Shown here piece by piece: positions 8,990 through 17,962 of a stretch of DNA of 64,000 bases. The notes beneath the pieces are model-generated. The model did no database searches and had not been told where the DNA came from. It was given only the letters and a program-made list of their open reading frames with translations. The stretch comes from Candidatus Methylomirabilota bacterium (GTDB lineage Bacteria > Methylomirabilota > Methylomirabilia > Rokubacteriales > CSP1-6). Position numbers and translations under genes: made by a program. The DNA lies in contig DATIAY010000005.1 of NCBI GenBank assembly GCA_035457825.1, forward strand, positions 2,722 to 66,721, written 5' to 3'. Within the stretch, counting starts at the first letter, position 1. Each line of letters begins with the position of its first letter.

Positions 8990-10480
8990 CTATAGATCGC
9001 CCAGGCCGTACTCGATCCAGCGCTCTCGCACCCGCACCTCGTCCTCGGGCGCCGGCCGCACCGTCGGCGGAAAGCGCTCGTTGTCCCACTCGGCCCGCCG
9101 CGGGAACTTCCAGTTGCGGGTGGCGTCGATGAGCACCCGGTTCCAGAGCCCGCTGCCGAGCTGGGTCACGTCGCGATCCTCCAGCGGGGTGCTGGGGTCG
9201 ATCGGCGAGCCGAAGCTCCCGGGGAAGACCACGATCCCCCCTTCGCCCGCGTTCACCCGGTGGGCAAAGGCCCAGTCCACGTGCTCGTAGGACGATGGGT
9301 CGATATCCTCCTCCACCACCACCACGTGCTTGTAGCGGAACTGCGCTGCGCTGGCCCCCCACAGGGCGGCGGCGATCTGCTTGGGCTGGCCCTGGTAGTG
9401 CTTCGTGATCTGCACGTGTATGTTCACGCCGTTAGTGATGGGGGGCACGTACACATCGCGGATGCCGGGGATGCCCGCGCCGGTGAGGATGGCCCAGGCG
9501 ATCGCTGCTCGCTGGACGGATGACATGACGCTGTTCTCGCTGTAGGAGCCGGGCAGCGTGCCCTCCAGGCAGCCACGGAAGACGGGGTCGCGCCGGTGGG
9601 TGATGGCGGTGACGCGCATGGTGGGCCGCGGGGTGGGAAGGTCCGAGACGTAGCCGGTGAACTCGCCGAAGGGCCCCTCGATCTCCCAGGTGGCCGGGTC
9701 GTCGCTGATGAAGCCTTCGATGACGATCTCCGCGGTGGCCGGGACCTCCAGGTCGACGGTTTCACAGCGCACGAGCTGGGCGGGCTCGCCCCGATACGCG
9801 CCCATCACGTCCCACTCGCAGACGCCGGCGGGCAGCGGCGAGCCGGCCAGGAACGGCATAATCGGGTCCCAGCCGATGACACAGGCCACCGGCATCGGCT
9901 CGCCCCGGGCCGCGTACTTCACGAAGTGCTGTCCCCAGTGCTGGCCGCCTTTGATGAGGAGCATGGGCGCCGTGTTCTTCCGGCCGATCATGCCCCGGTA
10001 GATCCCGACATTCATGACCCGCGTTTCGGGGTCGCGGGTGACGATGCACGAGAAGGTATGGATGTAGCGGCCGCCCTCGCGGAAGTGCCAGCGGGGGACG
10101 GGAAACTCCGTCTGGTCCACCCCGTCACCGCGAACGATCACTTCCTTGACGGGCCCGGTCGGCACGACCACGGGCGGGACCGCTTCTCGGTTCTTGCCCA
10201 TCACGTACTGCACGAGCTCGCGATTCGGTGCGTCCTTGGGAAAACCCAGGGCCAGAGCCATGCGGCGTCGATCCCCGAGCCCTCCGGTGAAGAGCTTCGT
10301 GCAGCGCCCGCTCTGATAGCCCTTGATGGTCTCGAAAAGGAGCGCCGGGCCTTTTTTCTCGAGCACGCGTCGGGCGATGGCGCCGATCTCACGGTCCCAA
10401 TCGACCTCGGCCTTGACCCGACGCACCTCCCCTTCCCGCTCGAGCAGCGCGATCCACTGCCGCAGATCCATGAACGCCAT
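8990..10480 (-). CDS. UbiD family (prenyl-FMN dependent) decarboxylase
   Basis: 496 aa. DLRQWIALLEREGEVRRVKAEVDWDREIGAIARRV...GPALLFETIKGY... is the typical UbiD N-terminus, and the length fits. Confidence 0.9.
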   Translation of the reverse strand: MAFMDLRQWIALLEREGEVRRVKAEVDWDREIGAIARRVLEKKGPALLFETIKGYQSGRCTKLFTGGLGDRRRMALALGFPKDAPNRELVQYVMGKNREAVPPVVVPTGPVKEVIVRGDGVDQTEFPVPRWHFREGGRYIHTFSCIVTRDPETRVMNVGIYRGMIGRKNTAPMLLIKGGQHWGQHFVKYAARGEPMPVACVIGWDPIMPFLAGSPLPAGVCEWDVMGAYRGEPAQLVRCETVDLEVPATAEIVIEGFISDDPATWEIEGPFGEFTGYVSDLPTPRPTMRVTAITHRRDPVFRGCLEGTLPGSYSENSVMSSVQRAAIAWAILTGAGIPGIRDVYVPPITNGVNIHVQITKHYQGQPKQIAAALWGASAAQFRYKHVVVVEEDIDPSSYEHVDWAFAHRVNAGEGGIVVFPGSFGSPIDPSTPLEDRDVTQLGSGLWNRVLIDATRNWKFPRRAEWDNERFPPTVRPAPEDEVRVRERWIEYGLGDL

Positions 10481-10583
10481 GAGCCCTCGTCACCCCCGCC
10501 CCGATCCGTCCGAGGCCGTCTGCCGTAGTGAACTATATCGGCATCCTCACCGGAACGCGAGCCTGCCTTGACAAAGCTGGTAG

Positions 10584-10880
10584 TCGTCGCTACGGTTCAT
10601 TCTCTTCGTCCCGATATTCCTGCCGATGCTGGATGAGTTCCACGTCGACCCGCTGCTGTTCGGCGTCCTGGTGGCGGTGAATCTCCAGACCGCGTTCCTG
10701 TCGCCCCCGGTGGCGATGTCGGCGTTCTATCTGAAGGGCATCTCCCCGCCCCACGTGACGTTGAACCAGATCTTCAACGGCATGTACCCGTTCCTGGTCA
10801 TCCAGCTCATTTGTCTGTTCCTCACGTGGTACTACCCGGAGCTCACCCTCTGGCTGCCCCGCTATCTCTACGGGGATTGA
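10584..10880 (+). pseudogene. C-terminal fragment of a DctM-type TRAP large permease
   Basis: The frame is open only from the stop at 10581. ..FILFVPIFLPMLDEFHVDPLLFGVLVAVNLQTAFLSPPVAMSAFYLKGISPP... matches just the last roughly 95 residues of DctM-type permeases. No upstream remainder is present. Confidence 0.6.
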
Positions 10881-10892
10881 GCAGGCGACCCC

Positions 10893-12746
10893 TCAGCGCA
10901 GCGCCGGCACCGCGGCCCGGCGGCGCGCCAGGCGCTGGCTGGCCAGCACCACGATGAAGCAGGCGACACCCATGAGGTCACTCACCAGGCCCGGGAAGAT
11001 CAGGAGGACGGCGCCGATCAGCAGCAGCGCCCGCTCCCACCGGCGGGTGGGCGACAGGAAATAGCCGATGATGCCGGTTCCCAGCATCACGATCCCCAGC
11101 GTGGCCGCCGCCGTCCGCAGCACGATCCCGAGCCCGGAGCCGATCAGCAGCAACGCGGGGTCGTAGGCGAAGGAGAACGGGATGATGAAGCCGGACAGCG
11201 CCAGCATCATCCCCTTCCATTGCGTCTCCCAGACGTCGGCCCCCGCGATCGAGGACGTGGCGTAGGTCGAGATGGCCGTGGGCGGAGTCAGGTCGGCGAG
11301 AATTCCGAAATAGAAGACGAACATGTGGGCGGCCAGGATGGGCAACCCAAGCTGGATCAGGGCGGGGGCGGCGATGATCGACGTGATGATGTACGTGGCC
11401 GAGGTGGGCAGCCCGGTGCCCAGGACCAGCGCGGCGATCATCGTCAGCACGAGGGTACCGAAGAGGTGGCCCCCTGAGATTCCGAGAATTCCGGTGGCCA
11501 GCTTGAGCCCGAGTCCGGTGAGCGAGATGACGCCGACCACGATGCCCACGGTGGCGCAGGCCAGCGCCACCGGCATGGCGCTCTGCGCCGAGTCGACGAG
11601 GGTGGCCAGGGCCGCGCGCGGCCCGATCCGCGTCTCACGGCGCACCCAGCTCGTCGCGACCGCGACCACCAGCGCCCAGAAGCCCGCGAACATCGGCGAA
11701 CGGCCCTCAACCAGAAACCAGACCAGCACGGCCGGCCCGGCCAGCAGGTGCAGGTCCCGCCGCAGCACCATCGTCAGCCTGGGCAGCTCGGCGCGCGGCA
11801 ACACCGGCAGGCCTAGCCGGGCTGCCTCGAAGTGGACCATGACCCCCACCGCGATGAAATACAGGACGCCGGGAATGGCTGCCGCGAGCGCGACGGTGCC
11901 ATAGGACACGCCCAGCGTCTCGGCCATGATGAAGGCGGCCGCGCCCATCACTGGGGGGATCAGCTGGCCCCCCATCGAGGCGGTGGCTTCGACGCCGGCG
12001 GCGAACGAGGGGCGATAGCCGGCCCGGGTCATTAACGGAATTGTCAGCGACCCGGTGGTCACGGCGTTGGCGATGGCGCTGCCGTTCACGGTACCGAAGA
12101 GCCCGCTGGCGATGACCGCCACCTTGCCCGCGCCGCCCCGGCTCGAGCCGGCTACCGCCAGCCCCAGATCCTTGAAAAACCCCAGGAGGCCGCCCCACTG
12201 CATCACCGCGCCGAAAACGACGAAGAGATAGATGAAGGTCGCCGACACCAGCGTGGGAATGCCGAACACTCCCCCTGTGGTCATCGTCTGCTGGTCGACG
12301 AGCTTCAACGCCGTGACGCCGCCGTGAGAGAGGAAGCCGGGCAGGCGGGGGCCCACGAAGGCGTAGGCGACGAAGGCCAGGGCCAGGATGACCAGGGGGC
12401 TGCCGACGTGGCGCCGCGAGGCTTCGAGCAGGAGCAGCACCAGGAGCACGCCGACAACCACATCGATGCGCCGGGGATCGTCCACCATCGCCATGCGGCT
12501 GGTGAGCCGCTCATTGTGAGCGATGTAGTGCGCCACGCAGGCCAGCGCCAGCACTGCACCAGCTCCGTCCAGGGCACGACGCCACGGGCCCGGGCGGGCG
12601 CCCGGAGGCGGAGTGAGAAAGCCCAGGGCCACGGCAAAGGCGACGTGGAGCGGGAGCTGAATGAGGAGGTCGAACATCCCGGCGTACGCCGTGTAGAGCT
12701 GGAACAGAGACCAGGCGACGGCGAGCCCAAGCCGGGGACTAGGCAT
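10893..12746 (-). CDS. TAXI-type TRAP transporter fused permease
   Basis: ORF 10893..12767, more than 600 aa, highly hydrophobic, with an N-terminal ..LFQLYTAYAGMF.. motif typical of TAXI fused permeases. The start at 12746 (MPSPRL) gives an 8-nt overlap with the upstream gene; 12767 is also possible. Confidence 0.85.
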   Translation of the reverse strand: MPSPRLGLAVAWSLFQLYTAYAGMFDLLIQLPLHVAFAVALGFLTPPPGARPGPWRRALDGAGAVLALACVAHYIAHNERLTSRMAMVDDPRRIDVVVGVLLVLLLLEASRRHVGSPLVILALAFVAYAFVGPRLPGFLSHGGVTALKLVDQQTMTTGGVFGIPTLVSATFIYLFVVFGAVMQWGGLLGFFKDLGLAVAGSSRGGAGKVAVIASGLFGTVNGSAIANAVTTGSLTIPLMTRAGYRPSFAAGVEATASMGGQLIPPVMGAAAFIMAETLGVSYGTVALAAAIPGVLYFIAVGVMVHFEAARLGLPVLPRAELPRLTMVLRRDLHLLAGPAVLVWFLVEGRSPMFAGFWALVVAVATSWVRRETRIGPRAALATLVDSAQSAMPVALACATVGIVVGVISLTGLGLKLATGILGISGGHLFGTLVLTMIAALVLGTGLPTSATYIITSIIAAPALIQLGLPILAAHMFVFYFGILADLTPPTAISTYATSSIAGADVWETQWKGMMLALSGFIIPFSFAYDPALLLIGSGLGIVLRTAAATLGIVMLGTGIIGYFLSPTRRWERALLLIGAVLLIFPGLVSDLMGVACFIVVLASQRLARRRAAVPALR

Positions 12747-14412
12747 CGCCGTGGATGACGCGTCCACCGACCATGGTGAGCCGGCAGGCGAGCGAGGCCA
12801 TGTCCTCGAGCGGGTGGGTGAGCGGATCCTGCTCCAATACGGCGAGGTCGGCGTCGAAACCAGGGGCGAGCACCCCCCGTTGACGCTCGGCGAAGGTCAC
12901 CCGCGCGCCGCCCACGGTGAGAGCCCGGAGCGCCTGCACCCGTGTGAGCCGCTCGCTCGGGCCCAGCACCTCACCCGTCGTCATGTCGCGGCGGGCGACG
13001 ACGGCGGCGAAGGCCAGCCAGGGATCGGCCGGCTTGTTGTCGGTGGCGATGCCAAACGGGATGCGACGGCGCACCAGGCTCTGGTGGGGAATCAGCGTGG
13101 CCGCGGCGCCGCCGACCTTGCGCACCTCCTCGGCGGCCGAGCGCCACAGATAGGAGATGGGGTTGGTCGTGACCACGGCACCCAGGCGCTTGATGCGCGC
13201 CAGCTCGGTGCCTGTCGCCACGTTGAGGTGAACGGCCACCCAGCGCAGATGCTGGATGGGGGTCTCGGCGGCGATCTCCTCCCAGATATCCAGCACCTGG
13301 GGCAGGTTCCGCGTGACGAGGCTGCTCACGCGTAATCCGTGGCGCGCGGCCAGCCGCGCCTGCTCCCGGTACTCGACCGGCGAGTTCGCGCTCTCCACGA
13401 AACCCGCCCAACCGGTGTAGGGCTGGCCGGCGTGCAAGATGCGGGCGACTTCCGGGTCACCACCGTAGTGCAGGCAGATACCGCAGAGCCGCAGGCGTTC
13501 ATCGCCGAGGCCGCGACCGCCGGCCCAGGCGGCCCACTCGGGAATCGCCCGGCGTCCCTCGTCGAGGCTATCCCAGGTGGGGCTGAGCGCGAGTGTGCTG
13601 CGGAGGCCGAGACGGCCACGCTCGTGGGTCTCCCGGTACACCCTCAGTACCTCCGGCGCCACGCCATGCCCCTCGTAGACGGCGGTGACACCCCGGGCGG
13701 CGTAGCGGCGTTGCGATTCCAGGAATGCCCGCAGGCGGTCGGCGGGGCTGAAGCGTGGCACGTCTTTCATCAGCGTGAATTCGATCACCTGGATCAGGTT
13801 GTGCTCGACGAAGACGCCGGTGGGCTCGCCGGCGGCGTCCTTGAGGATGTCGATGCCCTTGGGAGCGACGGTGTCACGGGTCACGCCGGCCCGGTGGAGC
13901 GCGGCGCTGTTGGCGACCGAGTAGACGGGCGGCTTGTTCCAGTAGCCCCAGATACCGCGCAGGTAGACGGGGTGGTCGGGGACCACCCGGTCGAGGTCGG
14001 CCCGGGTGGGCCAGCGCTTGTCGGCCAGTCCCCCGGCCTGGTCGAGATAGAACGGCGGGCGCCCCACCGGCATGGTGACGATCCACTCGCCCTTGGCTCG
14101 GCGCGCGGCCCAATGCCGGAGGACCGTCTGGACATCCGCGATGGCGCGGCAGTGGGCCAGGCTGGGGTAGAGGGTCTTGAGGCCCTCACGATCGAGGTGA
14201 GCGTGGGCGTCGACGAGGCCGGGCACCACCGTGGCGCCGCCCAGATCGATCGTGCGCGTACGGCGATCGCGCCAGGAGCGGACATCGGCCGCCGCTCCGA
14301 CGGCGACGATGCGGCCACCGGCGATCGCCAGCGCGGAGGCTTGCGGCCGCCGGGGGTCGAGCGTGAGGAGGCGGCCGTTCCGGAGGATCCAGTCCGCCGC
14401 TATTTCATCCAC
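12739..14412 (-). CDS. Amidohydrolase family (Amidohydro_3-like) metal-dependent hydrolase
   Basis: ILRNGRLLTLD...IAGGRIVAVG...IDLGGATVVPGLVDAHAHLD is the amidohydrolase N-terminal HxH motif. Length is 557 aa. Confidence 0.85.
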   Translation of the reverse strand: MDEIAADWILRNGRLLTLDPRRPQASALAIAGGRIVAVGAAADVRSWRDRRTRTIDLGGATVVPGLVDAHAHLDREGLKTLYPSLAHCRAIADVQTVLRHWAARRAKGEWIVTMPVGRPPFYLDQAGGLADKRWPTRADLDRVVPDHPVYLRGIWGYWNKPPVYSVANSAALHRAGVTRDTVAPKGIDILKDAAGEPTGVFVEHNLIQVIEFTLMKDVPRFSPADRLRAFLESQRRYAARGVTAVYEGHGVAPEVLRVYRETHERGRLGLRSTLALSPTWDSLDEGRRAIPEWAAWAGGRGLGDERLRLCGICLHYGGDPEVARILHAGQPYTGWAGFVESANSPVEYREQARLAARHGLRVSSLVTRNLPQVLDIWEEIAAETPIQHLRWVAVHLNVATGTELARIKRLGAVVTTNPISYLWRSAAEEVRKVGGAAATLIPHQSLVRRRIPFGIATDNKPADPWLAFAAVVARRDMTTGEVLGPSERLTRVQALRALTVGGARVTFAERQRGVLAPGFDADLAVLEQDPLTHPLEDMASLACRLTMVGGRVIHGDA

Positions 14413-15377
14413 CCTTTCTCGCGATAGGCGCGCTCGGCACCGGGATGCAGCGGGATCCCGACCTTCTCCGGTCGCCAGGCCGTCTGCGGATCGAAGGCCG
14501 CCAGCCCGGCGTGGCCGCGGACGAGGGCCTCCTTGTTGTCCACGATCGTCTTGGTCACCGTGTAGGCCACCGGCTCGGGCAGGTCCTTGTTGGTGATCAA
14601 CACGGTGGGAAAGCCGACGGTGTGGACCGCCTCGGGCTGGCTCTTGAACGTGTTGGCCGGCATGCTAGCCGGGGTATAGCCGAGCGGTTCGAGCCCCTTC
14701 ACCGCGTCGGCCTCCAGGGGGAGGAACTTCACCTCGGCGAACGTCGCAATCTCCGTGATCGAGGGGTGCTTGGGCGTCACCACGGCGAGCAGGACATCGG
14801 CACGGCCGTCCTTGAAGGCGTCGACGATGATGTTGTAGCCGACGTGCGTCGTCGAGCCGCCCCAGCCCTTGATGTCCGCATAGGACATCCCGTAGGCGCG
14901 CAGGAGCTGGCGGCCGCCGAACTCTCCCAGCGAACCCACAGGCAGCGAGTAGAGCCGAACCGGCAGCTTCCGGTCCTTGATGTCCCGGAGCGAGCGGATG
15001 TCGAGCTTCTTCTGGGCGATGGCCAGCAGGTAGTACGTGTCCAGGCCGCCCACCAGGGCCCGGAGATTCTCCAGCTTGGTGTCATAGGCCTCCGTGCCCT
15101 GGAAGGCCCAGCGGTTGGTCACCGTGAAGGACAGGCCCAGCGGCGTCTCGTTCCGGGCCACGAGCTTGGCGTTGCCGACGCCGCCGGCAAAGGGCTTGAC
15201 GTCCACGTTGGACCCCGCCGGGAGCGTCTTGCGGAACAGGTCCGCCATGGTGGCGCCATAGACGTACCAGGCGGTGCCGGAGTCCAGGGTGGAGAAGGCC
15301 AGTGTCACGGGCTGCTGGGCCCACACGCCCGTCACACCAACGGCCAGGACCAGAATCAGTGCAAGCGTCGTTTTCAT
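14400..15377 (-). CDS. TAXI family TRAP transporter solute-binding protein
   Basis: Signal peptide MKTTLALILVLAVGVTGVWA. ..GTAWYVYGATMADLF...VKPFAGGVGNAKLV.. fits the TAXI pattern. Confidence 0.85.
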   Translation of the reverse strand: MKTTLALILVLAVGVTGVWAQQPVTLAFSTLDSGTAWYVYGATMADLFRKTLPAGSNVDVKPFAGGVGNAKLVARNETPLGLSFTVTNRWAFQGTEAYDTKLENLRALVGGLDTYYLLAIAQKKLDIRSLRDIKDRKLPVRLYSLPVGSLGEFGGRQLLRAYGMSYADIKGWGGSTTHVGYNIIVDAFKDGRADVLLAVVTPKHPSITEIATFAEVKFLPLEADAVKGLEPLGYTPASMPANTFKSQPEAVHTVGFPTVLITNKDLPEPVAYTVTKTIVDNKEALVRGHAGLAAFDPQTAWRPEKVGIPLHPGAERAYREKGWMK

Positions 15378-16162
15378 CGTGTCGTCTCCTCTGCCACGAG
15401 TGAGAGCCGGGCGCCCAGCGTCCGGCCAGGATCGAGCGGGCCACGGGTGGCGGCCGCCGTCGTCAGGGTCGCCGCGTACGGCGAGGGACCGCGCTGGGCC
15501 AGCCAGCCGGTCAGTGGGCTGGCCGTCTCACGAGGCGCCAGCAGCTCGATGGTGTGCGGGCCGACGGCGAACCGCACCCCGCCAGCGGCCAGGTCGGCCC
15601 GGACGACGGGCTGGCCGGAACGGCCCAGGCTGTCTTCGTACCACCCGCGCACGGTGGCGACGTCGTCAACGGCGACGGTCAGCACGCCGATCCCGGTGGC
15701 GCCGTTGGAGTGCCGATTCTGCCGGGGTACGCGCTCCTCGCGCGGCGTCTCATCCTGGATCAGGAACGGCACGACACCCTTGTGCGCGTCCCGGGGAATC
15801 GACAGCACCCACTTGAGGTGGTAGCCATCAGGACGGACGCGGGAAAGCGGCGAGGGATCGTCGATGGCGACGCCTGCCCGGCGCCAGGCCGTGGTGTCCC
15901 CGAGCAGGTCATCGGTCTGCATACAGAAATCCACCAGTCCTCCGCCCTTCTGGAGCGGCAGCCACCACTTGTGCCGGGGGCTGGGCTCGTAGAACGCGAT
16001 CAGCTCGATGTAGGAGCCGTCGGCCAGCGCGATGAGGGCGTTGTGACTCCCCACCGGGTGCCGACCGCCCGGCACCACGGTGAAGCCGAGCCCCTCGTAG
16101 CTCTTCTGGGCCTGGGCCAGGTCCGGCGTGGCGATGACGAGGTGGTCGATGCCTCGCAGCAT
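15374..16162 (-). CDS. VOC (glyoxalase/dioxygenase-like) family protein
   Basis: In-frame part of ORF 15374..16666, with the start at MLRGIDHLVIATPDLAQAQKSYEGLGF (16162). It sits 2 nt after the upstream stop and has an ATGA overlap with the downstream SBP gene. Confidence 0.7.
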   Translation of the reverse strand: MLRGIDHLVIATPDLAQAQKSYEGLGFTVVPGGRHPVGSHNALIALADGSYIELIAFYEPSPRHKWWLPLQKGGGLVDFCMQTDDLLGDTTAWRRAGVAIDDPSPLSRVRPDGYHLKWVLSIPRDAHKGVVPFLIQDETPREERVPRQNRHSNGATGIGVLTVAVDDVATVRGWYEDSLGRSGQPVVRADLAAGGVRFAVGPHTIELLAPRETASPLTGWLAQRGPSPYAATLTTAAATRGPLDPGRTLGARLSLVAEETTR

Positions 16163-16164
16163 GC

Positions 16165-17190
16165 TCACGCTCCTCGGCGCGTGTCGCTGAACGCGGGGGC
16201 CACTTCGTTGAGGAAGCGCTTGAGCTGCCCGTGCTGGTCCCACGAGGACAGACGGAACGCGAGCTGGCCGAGCCCGGCATCGAGGTAGGCGCGGATCTCC
16301 GCGATGCACTGCCGGGGCCCGCCGGCCACGGTCCAGCCTTCCACGAACGCCGGGCTGAAGTTCGAGGTGTAGTACGTGTCGAGGAAGCGCTTGGACTCCT
16401 CGAGCGCCGCCGCGCGGTCCTCGTTGATGTTGATGTTGTGGTAGAGGACGCTGCCCAGGCGGGCCGGATCCCGTCCTTCCTCCCTCGCCATCCGGGTGAT
16501 CTGGGCCCATTGCTGACGGAACTCGTCGGGAGAAACCTTGTTGGTCATCCAGCCATCGGCGTAGTGGGCTACCCGGCGAAGACCGCGCTCGACGACGGCC
16601 GATGATGCGCTGGCGCCGCCCTTCCACGTGAGGCTGGTGGGGTTCGAGGCGATCCAGATGGGGCACGGCTGCTGGACGGGCCGTGGCTCCAGGGTGACGC
16701 CCTCGAAGCGGTAGAAGCGTCCGGTGTGCGAGACGCTGCGCTCGCCAAACAGCTTGCGCAGAATGACGATGCCTTCCTCCAGCCTCGGCACACGCTCGCT
16801 CGACTGCACGCTCATCACCGCATGCTCGAGGGCCTGGGCCCGGGAATGCTCATCAGGGCCGCCCAGGCACACGACGAGCCAGGCGCGGCCGTTGGAGAGC
16901 ACGTCCAGGCTCGCCCACTGCTGGGCGAAGAGCACGGGATGGCGGTGCACGAAGGTGGCCATACAGCCGACGCCGAGTCGCACCTTCGACGTCACTGCCG
17001 CCAGAGCCGAGAGCAGCGTGACCGACTCCAGCCGGGGCTTGGCGAGCAGGCTATCCCCCACCCACACCGTGTCGAAGGCACCGGAAGCCTCGGCGGCCAC
17101 CGTGATGTCGATGAGGTCGCGGGCCTTGATCACGCCGAGCACCACCGCGCGATTGGTGAGCGTGAGCCCAAAGGGCGAACGGGTCATCAT
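16165..17190 (-). CDS. LLM class (luciferase-like) flavin/F420-dependent oxidoreductase
   Basis: ..AAEASGAFDTVWVGDSLLAKPRLESVTLLSALAAVTSKVRLGVGC.. and overall luciferase-like monooxygenase features. Length is 341 aa. Confidence 0.85.
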   Translation of the reverse strand: MMTRSPFGLTLTNRAVVLGVIKARDLIDITVAAEASGAFDTVWVGDSLLAKPRLESVTLLSALAAVTSKVRLGVGCMATFVHRHPVLFAQQWASLDVLSNGRAWLVVCLGGPDEHSRAQALEHAVMSVQSSERVPRLEEGIVILRKLFGERSVSHTGRFYRFEGVTLEPRPVQQPCPIWIASNPTSLTWKGGASASSAVVERGLRRVAHYADGWMTNKVSPDEFRQQWAQITRMAREEGRDPARLGSVLYHNININEDRAAALEESKRFLDTYYTSNFSPAFVEGWTVAGGPRQCIAEIRAYLDAGLGQLAFRLSSWDQHGQLKRFLNEVAPAFSDTRRGA

Positions 17191-17194
17191 TCCC

Positions 17195-17962
17195 TCACCT
17201 CCCGGTGTAGTTGGGGGGCCGCTTCTCGAGGAAGGCCCGGACCCCCTCCTCGTAGTCGTGGGTGGAGCGGAGCCAGGCGTAGGCCTTGCGCTCGAGCTCC
17301 AGCGCCGTCTCCAGCGGAGCGTCGGCGCCCCGGTTCAGGACGGTCTTGAGGGTCCGCAAGGCCAGGGGCGGCCGGTCGGCCAGCTCCCGGCCCAGGGCGG
17401 TCACCGTTTCGTCGAGCTTGTCATCGGTCACCGCCTGGGTGATGAGCCCCCAGGCCTCGGCCTGCCGAGCGGCGATGCGCTGGCCCGTCATCATGAACAG
17501 TTTGGCCCGCGTCATGCCGATGAGGCGCAGGGCTCGCTGGGTGCCGCCGCTGCCCGGGATCATCCCCAGCCGCACCTCGGGGAAAGCGAACTCCGACCTG
17601 AGGGTGGCCACGCGGAAGTCGCAGGCCAGGGCCAGCTCCAGACCCGCGCCCATCGTGTAGCCGTCGATGGCAGCGATCACCGGCTTGCGGCAGCGCTCGG
17701 CCCAGGAGAGCGTGTCGCCCCACTCTTCCAGGTCAGCGGGCGCCAGGGTCAGGAACTCGGCCACGTCGCCCCCGGCGCTGAAGGCGCGCCCGCCGGCCCC
17801 GCGCACCACGACCACACGGACGGCATCGTCGGCGTCGAGGTCGCGGAACAGCCCGGGGAACTCGTTGCGCATGGCCACCGTCATGGTGTTCATCTTGGCC
17901 TGGCGGTCGATCCAGATGGTGGCCACGTCCACCGTCCGCTCCAGCCGAAGGAGTTCGCTCAT
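17195..17962 (-). CDS. Enoyl-CoA hydratase/isomerase family protein
   Basis: In-frame part of ORF 17195..18919, with the start at MSELLRLERTVDVATIWIDR (17962). Motifs: RGAGGRAFSAGGDV, IAAIDGYTMGAGLELALACDFRVA and EGVRAFLEKRPP. It overlaps the upstream stop by 4 nt. Confidence 0.9.
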   Translation of the reverse strand: MSELLRLERTVDVATIWIDRQAKMNTMTVAMRNEFPGLFRDLDADDAVRVVVVRGAGGRAFSAGGDVAEFLTLAPADLEEWGDTLSWAERCRKPVIAAIDGYTMGAGLELALACDFRVATLRSEFAFPEVRLGMIPGSGGTQRALRLIGMTRAKLFMMTGQRIAARQAEAWGLITQAVTDDKLDETVTALGRELADRPPLALRTLKTVLNRGADAPLETALELERKAYAWLRSTHDYEEGVRAFLEKRPPNYTGR

